Below, piece by piece: positions 25,544 through 35,437 of a stretch of 46,808 bases of DNA (its first letter is position 1; each line of letters begins with the position of its first letter). The position numbers and the translations under genes are program-made. Source of the stretch: Clostridia bacterium (lineage in GTDB: Bacteria; Bacillota; Clostridia; Christensenellales; CAG-138). The stretch covers positions 1-46,808 of the forward strand of contig JAEDJH010000002.1 of the NCBI GenBank assembly GCA_016296415.1, read 5' to 3'. The notes under the pieces were generated by a model. The model saw only the letters and a program-made list of their open reading frames with translations. It searched no databases and was not told the origin of the DNA.

Positions 25544-26590
25544 ATGAATACCAAGTGTATAGGAAAAAGAACGGTAAGGTTTCAAACACCGCCGAGAATA
25601 CTTTCAACCGGAACGATAGTCGGTGACGTCGAGGGTGAAGGGCCGCTCGGAAGCTATTTTGACATAATACTCAAGGACGATATGTGGGGCGAAAAGAGCT
25701 ACGAAAAGTGCGAGTGCAAGATGTTTGAACAGTCGGTGAGGACGGCGCTGGAGAAGATAGGCATGGATACGGAGAAATTGGATATTGTCCTCGGCGGCGA
25801 TCTTCTGAACCAGCTTATCACCGCAAACTTTGCCGCACGGCAGCTCGGACGACCGTTTTTGGGGCTGTACGGTGCGTGCTCGACCATGGCGGAGGGACTT
25901 CTTGTGGGCAGCATGCTCATTGACGGAGGCTTTGCAAACTACGTTTCGGCAACCGCAAGCAGTCATTTTTCCACGGCTGAAAGGCAGTTCAGGATGCCGC
26001 TCGAGCTGGGCGGACAAACGCCGCCAACATCTCAGCGTACCGTTACGGGGGCAGGAACGGTGATTATCTGCGATGGGCAGAATGCGGCGGATAAGAATAA
26101 CTCACTCAGCATATTTGAAAACATTGTCGTAGTGGGCGGAACAATAGGAAAGGTAATAGACTACGGCATAACGGATGCAAACAACATGGGCGGCGTTATG
26201 GCGCCCGCCGCCGCAGATACCCTCCTGACATATCTTGAGGAAAGCGGTGAGACGATTGAAGATTTTGATTACATTATCACGGGGGATCTCGGCTCGTTTG
26301 GCGCAAAGATGTTCAAGGAGCTTTGCCATGACTCGGGAGTAGAGCTTGGCGACAAGCATATCGACTGCGGCAACATAATGTTTTTACCTCAGCAGAACAC
26401 GAAATGCGGCGGAAGCGGATGCGGATGTGCGGCAACGGTCTTTGGCGGCTATTTGCTAAAGCGCATGGAGGCAGGGGATTTTAAACGGGTTTTGTTCATG
26501 GCAACCGGCGCACTGATGAGCCCCGTATCAAGCATGCAGGGTGAATCTATACCCGCCATTGCACACGCAGTTGTGGTTGAAAGGAGATAA
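25544..26590 (+). CDS. spoVAD: Stage V sporulation protein AD (thiolase-fold)
   Basis: 348 aa in the position between spoVAC and spoVAE, with a thiolase-like GACSTM segment. Confidence 0.9.
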   Translation: MNTKCIGKRTVRFQTPPRILSTGTIVGDVEGEGPLGSYFDIILKDDMWGEKSYEKCECKMFEQSVRTALEKIGMDTEKLDIVLGGDLLNQLITANFAARQLGRPFLGLYGACSTMAEGLLVGSMLIDGGFANYVSATASSHFSTAERQFRMPLELGGQTPPTSQRTVTGAGTVIICDGQNAADKNNSLSIFENIVVVGGTIGKVIDYGITDANNMGGVMAPAAADTLLTYLEESGETIEDFDYIITGDLGSFGAKMFKELCHDSGVELGDKHIDCGNIMFLPQQNTKCGGSGCGCAATVFGGYLLKRMEAGDFKRVLFMATGALMSPVSSMQGESIPAIAHAVVVERR

Positions 26591-26594
26591 GACT

Positions 26595-26957
26595 ATGGTC
26601 ACGGATTTTATATGGGCGTTCATAATCGGCGGATTGATATGTGTTGTGGGGCAGCTGCTGCTTTCATATACGCGGCTGACTTCTGCGAGAATACTTGTCG
26701 TTTTTGTTACAGCGGGCGTTATTCTGACCGCCATCGGCGTATATGAGCCGCTTGTTGATCTTGCCGGCGCAGGGGCAACGGTGCCGCTTATGGGCTTTGG
26801 CTATGCGCTTGCAAAGGGTGCGATAGAGGGAGCAATGGAAAACGGCATATTCGGCGCCGTCACCGGAGGAATTATTGCCACTGCCGCAGGCGTTGCGGCG
26901 GCGATCGTGTTCGGATACCTTAACGCCCTGATCTTCAAGCCGAGAACGAAGAAATAA
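26595..26957 (+). CDS. spoVAE: Stage V sporulation protein AE (SpoVAEb-type)
   Basis: MVTDFIWAFIIGGLICVVGQ is paralogous to the SpoVAC N-terminus. ATG 26595 follows AAGGAG. The track's 26541 start overlaps spoVAD. Confidence 0.88.
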   Translation: MVTDFIWAFIIGGLICVVGQLLLSYTRLTSARILVVFVTAGVILTAIGVYEPLVDLAGAGATVPLMGFGYALAKGAIEGAMENGIFGAVTGGIIATAAGVAAAIVFGYLNALIFKPRTKK

Positions 26958-26967
26958 GCTAATAAAA

Positions 26968-27006
26968 AAGCGTGGATAAGACGGAAGATCCGTTTTATTC
27001 ACGCTT
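26968..27006. terminator. Bidirectional terminator (spoVAE convergent with vanW)
   Basis: AAGCGTG / CACGCTT outer stem with an inner ACGG/CCGT stem, flanked by AAAAA and by TTTTATT / TGTATT. Confidence 0.5.
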
Positions 27007-27026
27007 GTATTACGTGCGGCTGAGGT

Positions 27027-28532
27027 TTAGTTGATGGAAAAGACCTGATACTCGGGCAAAAGCGGTTCTCCCGCATAGCCCCTCCATACGAATATGCGCA
27101 GAGGGTGCATATTGTATTTGGAGGTGTTGACCAAAACCTTTTTTACGACGACGTCGTCCTTGTAATAAACGGCATAGGCCTCGTATATAGTCCCTACTAT
27201 CGGGTTGTTCTTTATCTGCCAGTAGGGAGCCTGAAGTGCGGAGGTCTGCACATATTCGGTCTCCGTTGGTGGAATTTCCTTGATGAACTCGGATACGAAC
27301 TCAATTTTGTCGTAGGGGAGAGTTTCGCCGTAAATTGCACAGTGCATCTCCTGAGCCTTGCGGTCAACCCAAGTGAAAATGTAAATATCGTGTCCCGTGT
27401 TGTTGCGGAACTGAAAATCTATGCGGCCGCTGTCGATGGTTGCGTCAAGTCCGCCGTCGGCATAGGCACTCTTTTTGGTATGATTTCTGCGGTAAACGAT
27501 CTCAAGGTCTGCGGTAACGGCGGCATTATAGATGGTGGTTGATACCTGGCATACGCCGCCGCCGGGCTGATCCTCGGTGCCTGCGCCGCCGTCGATTATT
27601 GCACCGGCAGGTTTCCATCCGGATTGGAGAGTGCGGAATCCGAGAATGTCGTTGCAGGAGAATATTTCGCCGGGCTTGATAACTGTTCCGTTGATTATTC
27701 CGGCGGCCTTTCGGATATTGTGAACTCGGTTGGAGCTGTTGCCGGACCTGTAGGAGGTGACGGCATGCGAGCGCAGATTAACGTAAGGCAGCAGATCGGA
27801 ATCGGACACCTCGGGTGGAACAGGCTTTTCTTCGGCCTCGACCTTTACATCGTAGCCGCCTGCATTTACTACAGCTGCAATATCTTGAGAGAGCTTATCG
27901 GAGTTAAGCTCAACTCCGTTCAGGGATTTTGTGACGGTGATGGTCACGTTTTCTTCGTCGATGATGACGCCTGCGGAAATGGGGTCGATAGCAATCTTTT
28001 CGGCAATATCCTTAATAAATTCGGTTTCGGACGTTATTTTGGCAAAGTAGCGGAACTCGACGTCATAGCCGTTTTCCTTAATGTCATCCCTCATTGCGGT
28101 CAATTCTTCGTAGCTGCCGCTTCGTGCATGATTGAAAAGTTCTGTAAGAGTTTCCTCAAGATTCGTGGTAAACTCAAAATCGGACTCGCTTGCAAAGAAG
28201 CTTTGTCCCATATACTCAATTTCAATATTCATCTGTGGGATATTGCTGTCGATGGCATCGCTTACAATGGGGAGAGCCTCCTCATAGGTAAGGTTTCCCA
28301 CGGGAATGCCATATACGGTCATTCCTTCCAAAAACGTGTTGCGGTGAACAAGCTGAAGTCGCTCGGTTTCCTGTTCATAGGCAAGCTGCTCTGCGGCTTT
28401 GCGGGTCTCCATATCCTTGTACGCGGACGAAAGCGTAAAGCCCATAGCACCGAGGAACACAAAAAAGGCAGCAAGAGAGCAACCGAATATCAACCATTTT
28501 GAAGTTTTATTTTTTACCGCAGATTCTTCCAT
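27027..28532 (-). CDS. VanW family protein (membrane-anchored)
   Basis: N-terminal TM helix. VanW core: ..NIRKAAGIINGTVIKPGEIFS..GGGVCQVSTTIYNAA.. Confidence 0.88.
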   Translation of the reverse strand: MEESAVKNKTSKWLIFGCSLAAFFVFLGAMGFTLSSAYKDMETRKAAEQLAYEQETERLQLVHRNTFLEGMTVYGIPVGNLTYEEALPIVSDAIDSNIPQMNIEIEYMGQSFFASESDFEFTTNLEETLTELFNHARSGSYEELTAMRDDIKENGYDVEFRYFAKITSETEFIKDIAEKIAIDPISAGVIIDEENVTITVTKSLNGVELNSDKLSQDIAAVVNAGGYDVKVEAEEKPVPPEVSDSDLLPYVNLRSHAVTSYRSGNSSNRVHNIRKAAGIINGTVIKPGEIFSCNDILGFRTLQSGWKPAGAIIDGGAGTEDQPGGGVCQVSTTIYNAAVTADLEIVYRRNHTKKSAYADGGLDATIDSGRIDFQFRNNTGHDIYIFTWVDRKAQEMHCAIYGETLPYDKIEFVSEFIKEIPPTETEYVQTSALQAPYWQIKNNPIVGTIYEAYAVYYKDDVVVKKVLVNTSKYNMHPLRIFVWRGYAGEPLLPEYQVFSIN

Positions 28533-28567
28533 TCAAACCTCCGAGGAAATATAAATGTTCATGTTTA

Positions 28568-28595
28568 ATTATAGCTTAAAATTACATTATTGCAA
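28568..28595 (-). promoter_or_regulatory. Sigma-A-type promoter of vanW
   Basis: The minus strand reads TTGCAA, 16 nt, TATAAT. Confidence 0.5.
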
Positions 28596-28651
28596 GGCAT
28601 AGCGAAAAATGTAATAAATTAGACATATATATTATCATGCGATTAAGCCCT

Positions 28652-30424
28652 TTAAGCGTCACCGAGCGCCTTTTTTATTTTCCAAAGGGATTCCTTATCG
28701 ACCAGGGCGGTGATTTTTGTGCCGCTTTCGTCGTGCTCCTCGGTGATAATGACGGCTTCGCTTCTTATGAGGTTCATCGTATCATATTTGGAATACGGCA
28801 CAACGAGCTCCACGGAGACCTTCCGATTCTGAAGAATTTCCGAAATCTTTGCCAAAAGGTTGTCAAGCCCCGCCCCGTTCAAAGCACTTGTGCAGACAAA
28901 ATCGCCCTTGCCGTATGCAAACGGCTCCTCAAGGCGGTCACATTTGTTATACACGTTTATTACGGGCGTATGCGATACGCCGAGAGAGGCAAGTACGTCC
29001 TCGACTACCTTCATCTGCGTTTCGTAATAATCGGAGGTGCAGTCAACCACGTGAAGGATAACGTCTGCCTGTGCGACCTCCTCAAGTGTGGAGCGAAACG
29101 CTTTTACAAGCTCGTGGGGGAGCTTGTTTATAAAGCCGACCGTGTCTGAAAGCAGTACGGAGGTTTTGTCGTTAAGCTGAATTTGCCGAACGACCGTATC
29201 GAGGGTTGCAAAAAGCATATCCTCCGCAAGCACGCTGGAGCCGGAGAGCGCATTGAGCAGGGTGCTTTTGCCTGCGTTGGTATAGCCTACGAGCGACACA
29301 AGCGGAATGGTGTTTGCATTTCTTCGCTCACGCCGCAGGCTGCGCTGTTTCTCGATCTCGCCAAGCTCCTGTTCGAGCTCGAAAATTCGCCTGCTTATGC
29401 GCCGCCTGTCGATCTCCAGCTTTTTCTCGCCGGGACCTCTTGTGCCGATTCCGCCGCCGAGCCTTGACATGGAGCGTCCCTGTCCCAAAAGGCGGGGGAG
29501 CCTGTACTTGAGCTGCGCCAGTTCAACCTGCAGACGTCCCTCCTTCGATTGCGCCCTTGAAGCAAAAATGTCAAGTATCAGCGTAGTGCGGTCGATCACG
29601 AAAGCACCAAGGATGTTTTCAAGATTTTTTATCTGTATGGCGGAAAGCTCATCGTCGAAAATGAACAGATCTGCCTCAAGCTCGCTTCCCATCAGCTTAA
29701 GCTCGTCGGCTTTGCCGCTTCCGATATATGTTGCATTATCCACGGAACGCTTGCGCTGGCAGCTTCGCCCGACCACCTCTGCGCCTGCTGTGGCGGCAAG
29801 CTCGGCAAGCTCGTCGAGCGTGTCATAGTCCTCGCTGTTTTCTATCCCGACGAGGATGGCACGTTCCTTCCGTGCCTGCACAACCTCCTTAGTGCCGGAT
29901 TTAAGCATATCGTCCACGTTGTAAATTTCGTTTACGAGCAAGGAGTGGGGAAGCCTGCTCAGTCCATACGGGCCGTAAACTGTGACGCTCCGTTCGGATT
30001 CGACAAGCTCGCCAAGGAATGCGCAGTATATACCTGCGGGTTTTCCGTCTCTGACGCCGATTGAGGCCATACAGTCAAGGCGCATACTCCTGAGCGTGCC
30101 GAGGTCAACACCGGAAGGGCGTCCGTCGCCGTTGGGATGCGTGTGTATGCAGCGCACGCCGCAAAGCCGGTCTATGTTTCTGACAAGGCGCATATTGGGC
30201 ATGGATACAGTGTTGGCATCGCCTATCGAAACGTCCTTTATGCGACCGTCCCTGCCGATATACACTGATATTTCGTGTCCGAGCAGTCCCGTATACTCGC
30301 ACATCGTTTCAACAAGTTCCGCCGAAATGAATTCGGAGGAGTGACAGTGCATATCATACATACCTTCCATTTTGGAAAGCACGCTTTGTCTTATTCCGCC
30401 AATGTTTCCGTTTATCTTCGTCAT
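28652..30424 (-). CDS. hflX: GTPase HflX with an N-terminal JAMM/MPN+ (JAB) domain extension
   Basis: HflX N-domain from about ERAILVGI. G-domain GYTNAGKST, DTVGF, NKCD. The first ~170 aa carry E43 (CEYTGLLG) and H94-T-H-PNGDGRP-S-GV-D107. Confidence 0.9.
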   Translation of the reverse strand: MTKINGNIGGIRQSVLSKMEGMYDMHCHSSEFISAELVETMCEYTGLLGHEISVYIGRDGRIKDVSIGDANTVSMPNMRLVRNIDRLCGVRCIHTHPNGDGRPSGVDLGTLRSMRLDCMASIGVRDGKPAGIYCAFLGELVESERSVTVYGPYGLSRLPHSLLVNEIYNVDDMLKSGTKEVVQARKERAILVGIENSEDYDTLDELAELAATAGAEVVGRSCQRKRSVDNATYIGSGKADELKLMGSELEADLFIFDDELSAIQIKNLENILGAFVIDRTTLILDIFASRAQSKEGRLQVELAQLKYRLPRLLGQGRSMSRLGGGIGTRGPGEKKLEIDRRRISRRIFELEQELGEIEKQRSLRRERRNANTIPLVSLVGYTNAGKSTLLNALSGSSVLAEDMLFATLDTVVRQIQLNDKTSVLLSDTVGFINKLPHELVKAFRSTLEEVAQADVILHVVDCTSDYYETQMKVVEDVLASLGVSHTPVINVYNKCDRLEEPFAYGKGDFVCTSALNGAGLDNLLAKISEILQNRKVSVELVVPYSKYDTMNLIRSEAVIITEEHDESGTKITALVDKESLWKIKKALGDA

Positions 30425-30452
30425 ATCAATATCCTTGTACGAATTTTGTATA

Positions 30453-30460
30453 ATTATACA
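30453..30460 (-). promoter_or_regulatory. Extended -10 element upstream of hflX
   Basis: The minus strand reads TGTATAAT, about 30 nt upstream of the ATG. No properly spaced -35. Confidence 0.35.
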
Positions 30461-30484
30461 TCCATCGGCACAAAATGTGAAGCG

Positions 30485-31891
30485 TCAACGGTAATGGTTA
30501 AGCAGCTTTATCGCCCTATCGGAAAGCAGCAGAGTGACGGGCATGCTTAAAACAGCCATCAAAAGGTTGCACGCCTCCCCGAACGCCCAAACATAGTCCA
30601 CGGAGATCACTCCGCCGAGTGCAATGGCGATGACAAGCACTGTGCGAAACGGCGCTATTGCCCGCTGACCGAAAAGAAATTCGGCGCATTTTTGACCGTA
30701 CAGCGACCAGCCGACTATGGATGTGATGGCGAATAGAAACACCGACACGCTCAAAAACACGCCCGAGGCGGTATTACCGAATACCGTGGCAAAGGCATTT
30801 TTTGCAAGCAGCATTCCGGACACGTTCGCACCGCCGTAGGGTATGGCGATGCCGGAGCAAAGTATAACAAGCGCCGTTACGGTGCATATAAGTATAGTGT
30901 CGATAAATACCTCGGCTATTCCGAGCATGCCCTGCTTTAATGTGTCGTTTGTGGCGGCGGCTGCATGCGCCATCGGTGCAGAGCCTATGCCGGCTTCGTT
31001 TGAAAACGTACCCTTTACAAAGCCGACACGCATCGCCCGAAGCACGCCGAAGCCAACACCGCCGCCGATGACGGAGCGTAGACCGAACGCCTCCTTTATT
31101 ATGCTTTGGAGGGAGGGAAGAATAAGCCCTGCATTGGAAAAAATTATTATTGTACCTGCAAGCACATACAAAATACCCATAAGGGGAACGGTGCAGGACG
31201 CAAAGTTCATTATTCCCGTCGTTCCTTTGAAAATTATTATGCCGCAGATTGCTGCGGAGACAACGGATGCCGCAGCAGCGACAAATAAGCTGTCGGAATT
31301 GAAGAGGGCGAGAGCACCCGAGGCGATGGTGTTGGATTGTATCATTCCGCCGCCGAAAACGGTGCTGAGCATGCAAAAAAGCGCAAACAGCCTTGCTATG
31401 GGCATTGCGCCCCGTCCAAGACCGTTCATTATGCAGTACATTGTACCGCCCACCCATTCGCCGTTGGCGTTTTTTTGCCTGTATTTTAACGCAAGGACGA
31501 TTTCGACGCATTTTACCGCCATGCCCAAAAAGCCGCTTACCCACATCCAGAATATCGCTCCGGGACCGCCCATGACGAGCGCAAGGGCCACTCCGGCTAT
31601 GTTTGCCGTGCCTATCGAGCCGCCGAGCGCCGCCGCAAGCGCCTTCACGGGGCTTACCCCATCGCACCTCCCCGACGAACAGCGCGAGCGCTTTCGCGAT
31701 ATGCCCGATAAAATGCACCGAAACGAGGTGAACAGATGACGAAACTGGAAAAAGCGTGTCTTTACGGTAAGATATGCACCCGATGAGAGCAAAAGCACGG
31801 ATACTGCCAGGGTAAATATTTCCATAAACGGGACGCACCTTTCAAAAAACATAATGCCGCCGGCAAAGGCTCTATCAACCATATTCACCAT
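30485..31891 (-). CDS. Alanine/glycine:cation symporter (AGCS family)
   Basis: About 11 TM helices with AGCS-like segments (..FSNEAGIGSAP..). The start is ambiguous: ATG 31891, 31882 or 31852. Confidence 0.85.
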   Translation of the reverse strand: MVNMVDRAFAGGIMFFERCVPFMEIFTLAVSVLLLSSGAYLTVKTRFFQFRHLFTSFRCILSGISRKRSRCSSGRCDGVSPVKALAAALGGSIGTANIAGVALALVMGGPGAIFWMWVSGFLGMAVKCVEIVLALKYRQKNANGEWVGGTMYCIMNGLGRGAMPIARLFALFCMLSTVFGGGMIQSNTIASGALALFNSDSLFVAAAASVVSAAICGIIIFKGTTGIMNFASCTVPLMGILYVLAGTIIIFSNAGLILPSLQSIIKEAFGLRSVIGGGVGFGVLRAMRVGFVKGTFSNEAGIGSAPMAHAAAATNDTLKQGMLGIAEVFIDTILICTVTALVILCSGIAIPYGGANVSGMLLAKNAFATVFGNTASGVFLSVSVFLFAITSIVGWSLYGQKCAEFLFGQRAIAPFRTVLVIAIALGGVISVDYVWAFGEACNLLMAVLSMPVTLLLSDRAIKLLNHYR

Positions 31892-31986
31892 ATTACGGTA
31901 TTATTCATAACCGCCGTTCTACATATATAGAATAATGAATATGCTACTATTGACCGTATCAAAGGGGAAGGCGGCAGGCAGCACGA

Positions 31987-32772
31987 ATGATCGCAGAGCT
32001 GTATTTGATAGACAATGCCGTGATGAACATTCTTGTCATCCGACTTGCGGCGGCCATTTCAGGAAGGCGTGTAAAACCGGTACGGGCTGTACTTTTCGCT
32101 TCGGCGGGGGCGATATACGCCCTTGCGGCGGCATCGGCTTCGGCACTTATGATGCACTGGACGCTTAAAATCGCAGGAAGCCTGATACTTTCCGCTGTGC
32201 TTTCGTTCGGAAGCGTCAAGGAGTATTTTGTGGGAGCTGTTTCAATGTTTGCGGCGATATTCGTTGCCGGAGGGGCGGTGACTTGTGTTGCCCTGCTGGC
32301 ATCGAGGGGATTTGGAAGCTTGGAAAGTCTGTCACCATTGACGGCGATCGCAGGAGCGTTCATTACATACCTTCTTCCTTATGCGGTAAGACGGCTCAGG
32401 GGAGAAAGGGCGAACGACGGGGAGGTTCTCGAGCTTGTGATAACAAACCAAGGGCAAAGATACAGCCTGAAAGCCGTGCTGGATACGGGGAATATGCTGA
32501 TTGAGCCGATAAGCGGCCTTCCGGTAATAGTGATACATTCAAAGGCACGGGAGGAAAATGCGACTATTCCCATTCCTGCCTCAACGGTTTTCGGGGACGG
32601 AATGCTGTTTGGGTTCAGACCCGACAGGATTGAGCTGAACGGGAAGCAGATAGACGCCGTTGTCGTTCGGGCGAAGCGAGGCTTTGGGGATTATGAGGCA
32701 CTTATACCGCCGTGCTTTATAAAGATGCAGGAGAGGGGAGAGATGAGGGAAGATGGTCAGGCTGTTTTATAA
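31987..32772 (+). CDS. spoIIGA: Sigma-E processing peptidase SpoIIGA
   Basis: Multi-TM N-terminal half plus the aspartic-protease motif LDTGN. Directly precedes sigE. Confidence 0.9.
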   Translation: MIAELYLIDNAVMNILVIRLAAAISGRRVKPVRAVLFASAGAIYALAAASASALMMHWTLKIAGSLILSAVLSFGSVKEYFVGAVSMFAAIFVAGGAVTCVALLASRGFGSLESLSPLTAIAGAFITYLLPYAVRRLRGERANDGEVLELVITNQGQRYSLKAVLDTGNMLIEPISGLPVIVIHSKAREENATIPIPASTVFGDGMLFGFRPDRIELNGKQIDAVVVRAKRGFGDYEALIPPCFIKMQERGEMREDGQAVL

Positions 32773-33460
32773 GCTGCTCGAAAGGATATACAGAAGATTT
32801 GGCATAAAGGCCGGCGTCTATTACATAAATACCGGAGAAACGCTGCCGCCGCCGCTGTCCAGAGAGGAGGAGGCGGTGCTGATGCAAAGGCTACAAATGA
32901 GCGATCTGTCGGTCAGGCAGATATTGATAGAAAGAAATCTGCGGCTTGTGGTGTATATCGCCAGAAAGTTTGAAAACACGGGCATACCGATAGAGGATCT
33001 TGTGTCGATCGGCACGATAGGGCTTATCAAGGCGGTAAATACATTTAACACGGGCAAGAAAATCAAGCTCGCAACATACGCCTCAAGATGTATCGAAAAC
33101 GAAATACTGATGTTTTTAAGGCGCACATGCAAATTAAAGTCCGAGGTTTCGCTCGACGAGCCGCTGAACGTGGACTGGGACGGTAATGAGCTTTTGCTGT
33201 CGGACATACTCGGCACGGACTCGGATGCGGTGTCCCGCAGTCTGGAGGAGCAGGTGGATAAGGAGCTTTTGTTTACCGCAATGCAAAAGCTCGACGACAG
33301 GGAGAGGCGTATAATGGAGATGCGCTACGGGCTGAACAATACAAAGGAATATACCCAGAAGCAGGTTGCGGATATGCTGGGCATTTCGCAAAGCTATATA
33401 TCACGCCTTGAAAAGCGCATAATTAAGCAGCTTAAAAGGGAGATAACGGCATTGCAATGA
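32753..33460 (+). CDS. sigE: Sporulation sigma factor SigE (pro-sigma-E)
   Basis: Pro-sequence followed by [18 protein letters not shown] (B. subtilis has YYIGGSEALPPPLSKDEE). Sigma-70 regions 2-4. Confidence 0.93.
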   Translation: MVRLFYKLLERIYRRFGIKAGVYYINTGETLPPPLSREEEAVLMQRLQMSDLSVRQILIERNLRLVVYIARKFENTGIPIEDLVSIGTIGLIKAVNTFNTGKKIKLATYASRCIENEILMFLRRTCKLKSEVSLDEPLNVDWDGNELLLSDILGTDSDAVSRSLEEQVDKELLFTAMQKLDDRERRIMEMRYGLNNTKEYTQKQVADMLGISQSYISRLEKRIIKQLKREITALQ

Positions 33461-33479
33461 GTTTGCCGCCGCAAAATAC

Positions 33480-33508
33480 TTGATTATGACGGCATAGGCG
33501 TGTACAAT
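33480..33508 (+). promoter_or_regulatory. Sigma-A-type promoter for the DUF2156 / GNAT pair
   Basis: TTGATT, 17 nt, TACAAT. Confidence 0.45.
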
Positions 33509-33540
33509 ATTCCATAACTAAAGTTTTAACGGAGAGACTT

Positions 33541-34431
33541 ATGGAATTTCAGAGTGTCGATCTTTGCCTCAAGGCGATGATTGACGGATTTACGGCGTCA
33601 AGCAACCTTAAATCGGTTTCCAATTATGCGTTTTCGTCGCTGTACCTGTGGAACAACGGCGATGTTATAAGCGCTGCCGCTGAGGATGATGTGCTTTTTG
33701 TACTGCAGCGATTTTCGGGAAATCCCGCTGCAATGCTTATGCCCATACCGTACGGCAGGAGCGATGAAGAAAGCCGCTTCCGGGCCGTTAAAACGGCGGA
33801 GCGATGGTTTCTTGAGCATGATATAAAGCCTGCATTTGCGGCACTCGATACCGAGAGTGCAAATTTGTTTGCAAAAAGGCTTCCCGAATATACGCTTACC
33901 GAGGACCGTGACAATGAGGATTATGTTTACGATGCCCGTTCCTTGATAACCCTCTCGGGGAAAAAGCTGCACGCCAAGCGAAATCACATAAATAAGTTTA
34001 ACTCCCTTTACGAAAGCGAATACGTGAGAATAACGCCCGATGCGGTGAACGAATGCCTTGCGCTTTTCGACCTCTGGCAGGAAAACTCCGCCGGTTACGA
34101 CAGATACGGCGAAAGGGAGGCGCTGAAAAAGGCCATAGTCAATATGGATGCGCTTGGACTTGTCGCCGGAGGCATCGCTGTGGACGGCAAGCTGGTTGCA
34201 TTATCCGTGGGGGAGCGGCTGACCGATGACACGGCACTGATACATTTTGAAAAGGCGGACAGCAGCTACGCCGGAATATACTCGGTCATAAACCAACGCT
34301 TTGCGGAAAATGAGTTTTCGGACGTTCGGCTTATTAACCGGGAGGAGGATATGGGAATAGAGGGGCTGAGAAAGTCAAAGCTTTCCTACAACCCGACAAT
34401 GCTCATACAAAAATACACGGCAAAGCTATGA
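33541..34431 (+). CDS. DUF2156 (phosphatidylglycerol lysyltransferase C-terminal-like) domain protein
   Basis: ..GKKLHAKRNHINKF.. and ..INREEDMGIEGLRKSKLSYNP.. are characteristic of standalone DUF2156 / LPG_synthase_C proteins. Confidence 0.8.
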   Translation: MEFQSVDLCLKAMIDGFTASSNLKSVSNYAFSSLYLWNNGDVISAAAEDDVLFVLQRFSGNPAAMLMPIPYGRSDEESRFRAVKTAERWFLEHDIKPAFAALDTESANLFAKRLPEYTLTEDRDNEDYVYDARSLITLSGKKLHAKRNHINKFNSLYESEYVRITPDAVNECLALFDLWQENSAGYDRYGEREALKKAIVNMDALGLVAGGIAVDGKLVALSVGERLTDDTALIHFEKADSSYAGIYSVINQRFAENEFSDVRLINREEDMGIEGLRKSKLSYNPTMLIQKYTAKL

Positions 34432-35300
34432 AACTGAGGATACGCACAATAGAGAACGGGGAATACGTCAAGGCTAAAAGGCTGTGGGCTGAATGCTTCC
34501 CCGAGGATGACGGAGAGTTTATTGAGTACTATTTTGCAAATCGCACCTCGCCCGACAATATAATCGGCGCATTCGATGGGGATGGAAAAATGCTGGGCGG
34601 TCTGCATATAATCGGGCAAAAGCTCCGTATATGCGGCACGGAAAAACGAATAGGCTTTATTGCGGGCGTGGGAACAAAACCGGAACACAGAAACAGGGGG
34701 ATTGCATCCAAGCTGCTTGAGGCGGCGGTGCCTGTAATGCGGGATAGAGGCTGTGCTGCTGCTGTGCTGCAGCCGTTTAACGACGATTTCTACAAAAAAT
34801 ACGGCTATAGGGACTTTGCATTCGCAGGCAGATGCAAATCCGTCGCGCCAACAGAGCACAAAAACGAAAACTATGATGAAAAGTCCCTGCTTTCAAAATA
34901 TAATGCTTTTATGGCAGGATATGACGGCTATGCGGTGCGGGATGAAGGGACATATACGAACCTGATAAAGGAGTTTTCGGCGAACAATGCGAAAATATTC
35001 TCTTTAGGCGATTCCTATGCCCTTGTCTATGCAGGCAGCGGCGTTGAACCGGCTCAGGTCATGGAATTTGTCGGGAATGGCGATGCGTCTGCGTTGGCTT
35101 CCGTGATAAAAAGTTCATTTGGTGATGCGGATATACTTGTACCCACAGACAGCCCGCTGTGTGAGCCCGGGAGTATAAGCGTGTTCAATCAGATTTTGCC
35201 GATAGATGAACAAAAGCTGACCGACGGAACGGGCTTTTTGAATGCGGACAGCCTGATAAAGCATATAAATTTGCACGGCTTTGCGCTCGACAGATACTAA
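34428..35300 (+). CDS. GNAT family N-acetyltransferase, Eis-like architecture
   Basis: GVGTKPEHRNRGIASKLL acetyl-CoA motif, with about 130 aa of C-terminal extension. ATGA overlap with the DUF2156 stop. Confidence 0.8.
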   Translation: MKLRIRTIENGEYVKAKRLWAECFPEDDGEFIEYYFANRTSPDNIIGAFDGDGKMLGGLHIIGQKLRICGTEKRIGFIAGVGTKPEHRNRGIASKLLEAAVPVMRDRGCAAAVLQPFNDDFYKKYGYRDFAFAGRCKSVAPTEHKNENYDEKSLLSKYNAFMAGYDGYAVRDEGTYTNLIKEFSANNAKIFSLGDSYALVYAGSGVEPAQVMEFVGNGDASALASVIKSSFGDADILVPTDSPLCEPGSISVFNQILPIDEQKLTDGTGFLNADSLIKHINLHGFALDRY

Positions 35301-35344
35301 TTATGGCGCAAATGGTAAGTTTTGCAAGACGAGGCTTTTTTCGC

Positions 35345-35373
35345 TTGACGATTGGCGGGATATAGTGTATTCT
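35345..35373 (+). promoter_or_regulatory. Sigma-A-type promoter of yajC
   Basis: TTGACG, 17 nt, TATTCT. Confidence 0.4.
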
Positions 35374-35437
35374 GTTTTTGGCTTGTATGGGAGAATTTCC
35401 TGTATGTGCCACATCATTATTTAAGGACGGTTTTAAC

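Noticed and set aside
31917-31933. A Spo0A-box-like TTCTACA next to a TAGAAT -10 upstream of spoIIGA.
   Set aside because: The box has one mismatch and sits only 4 nt from the -10, which is not the spacing known for spoIIG-type promoters. The evidence is too weak to annotate.
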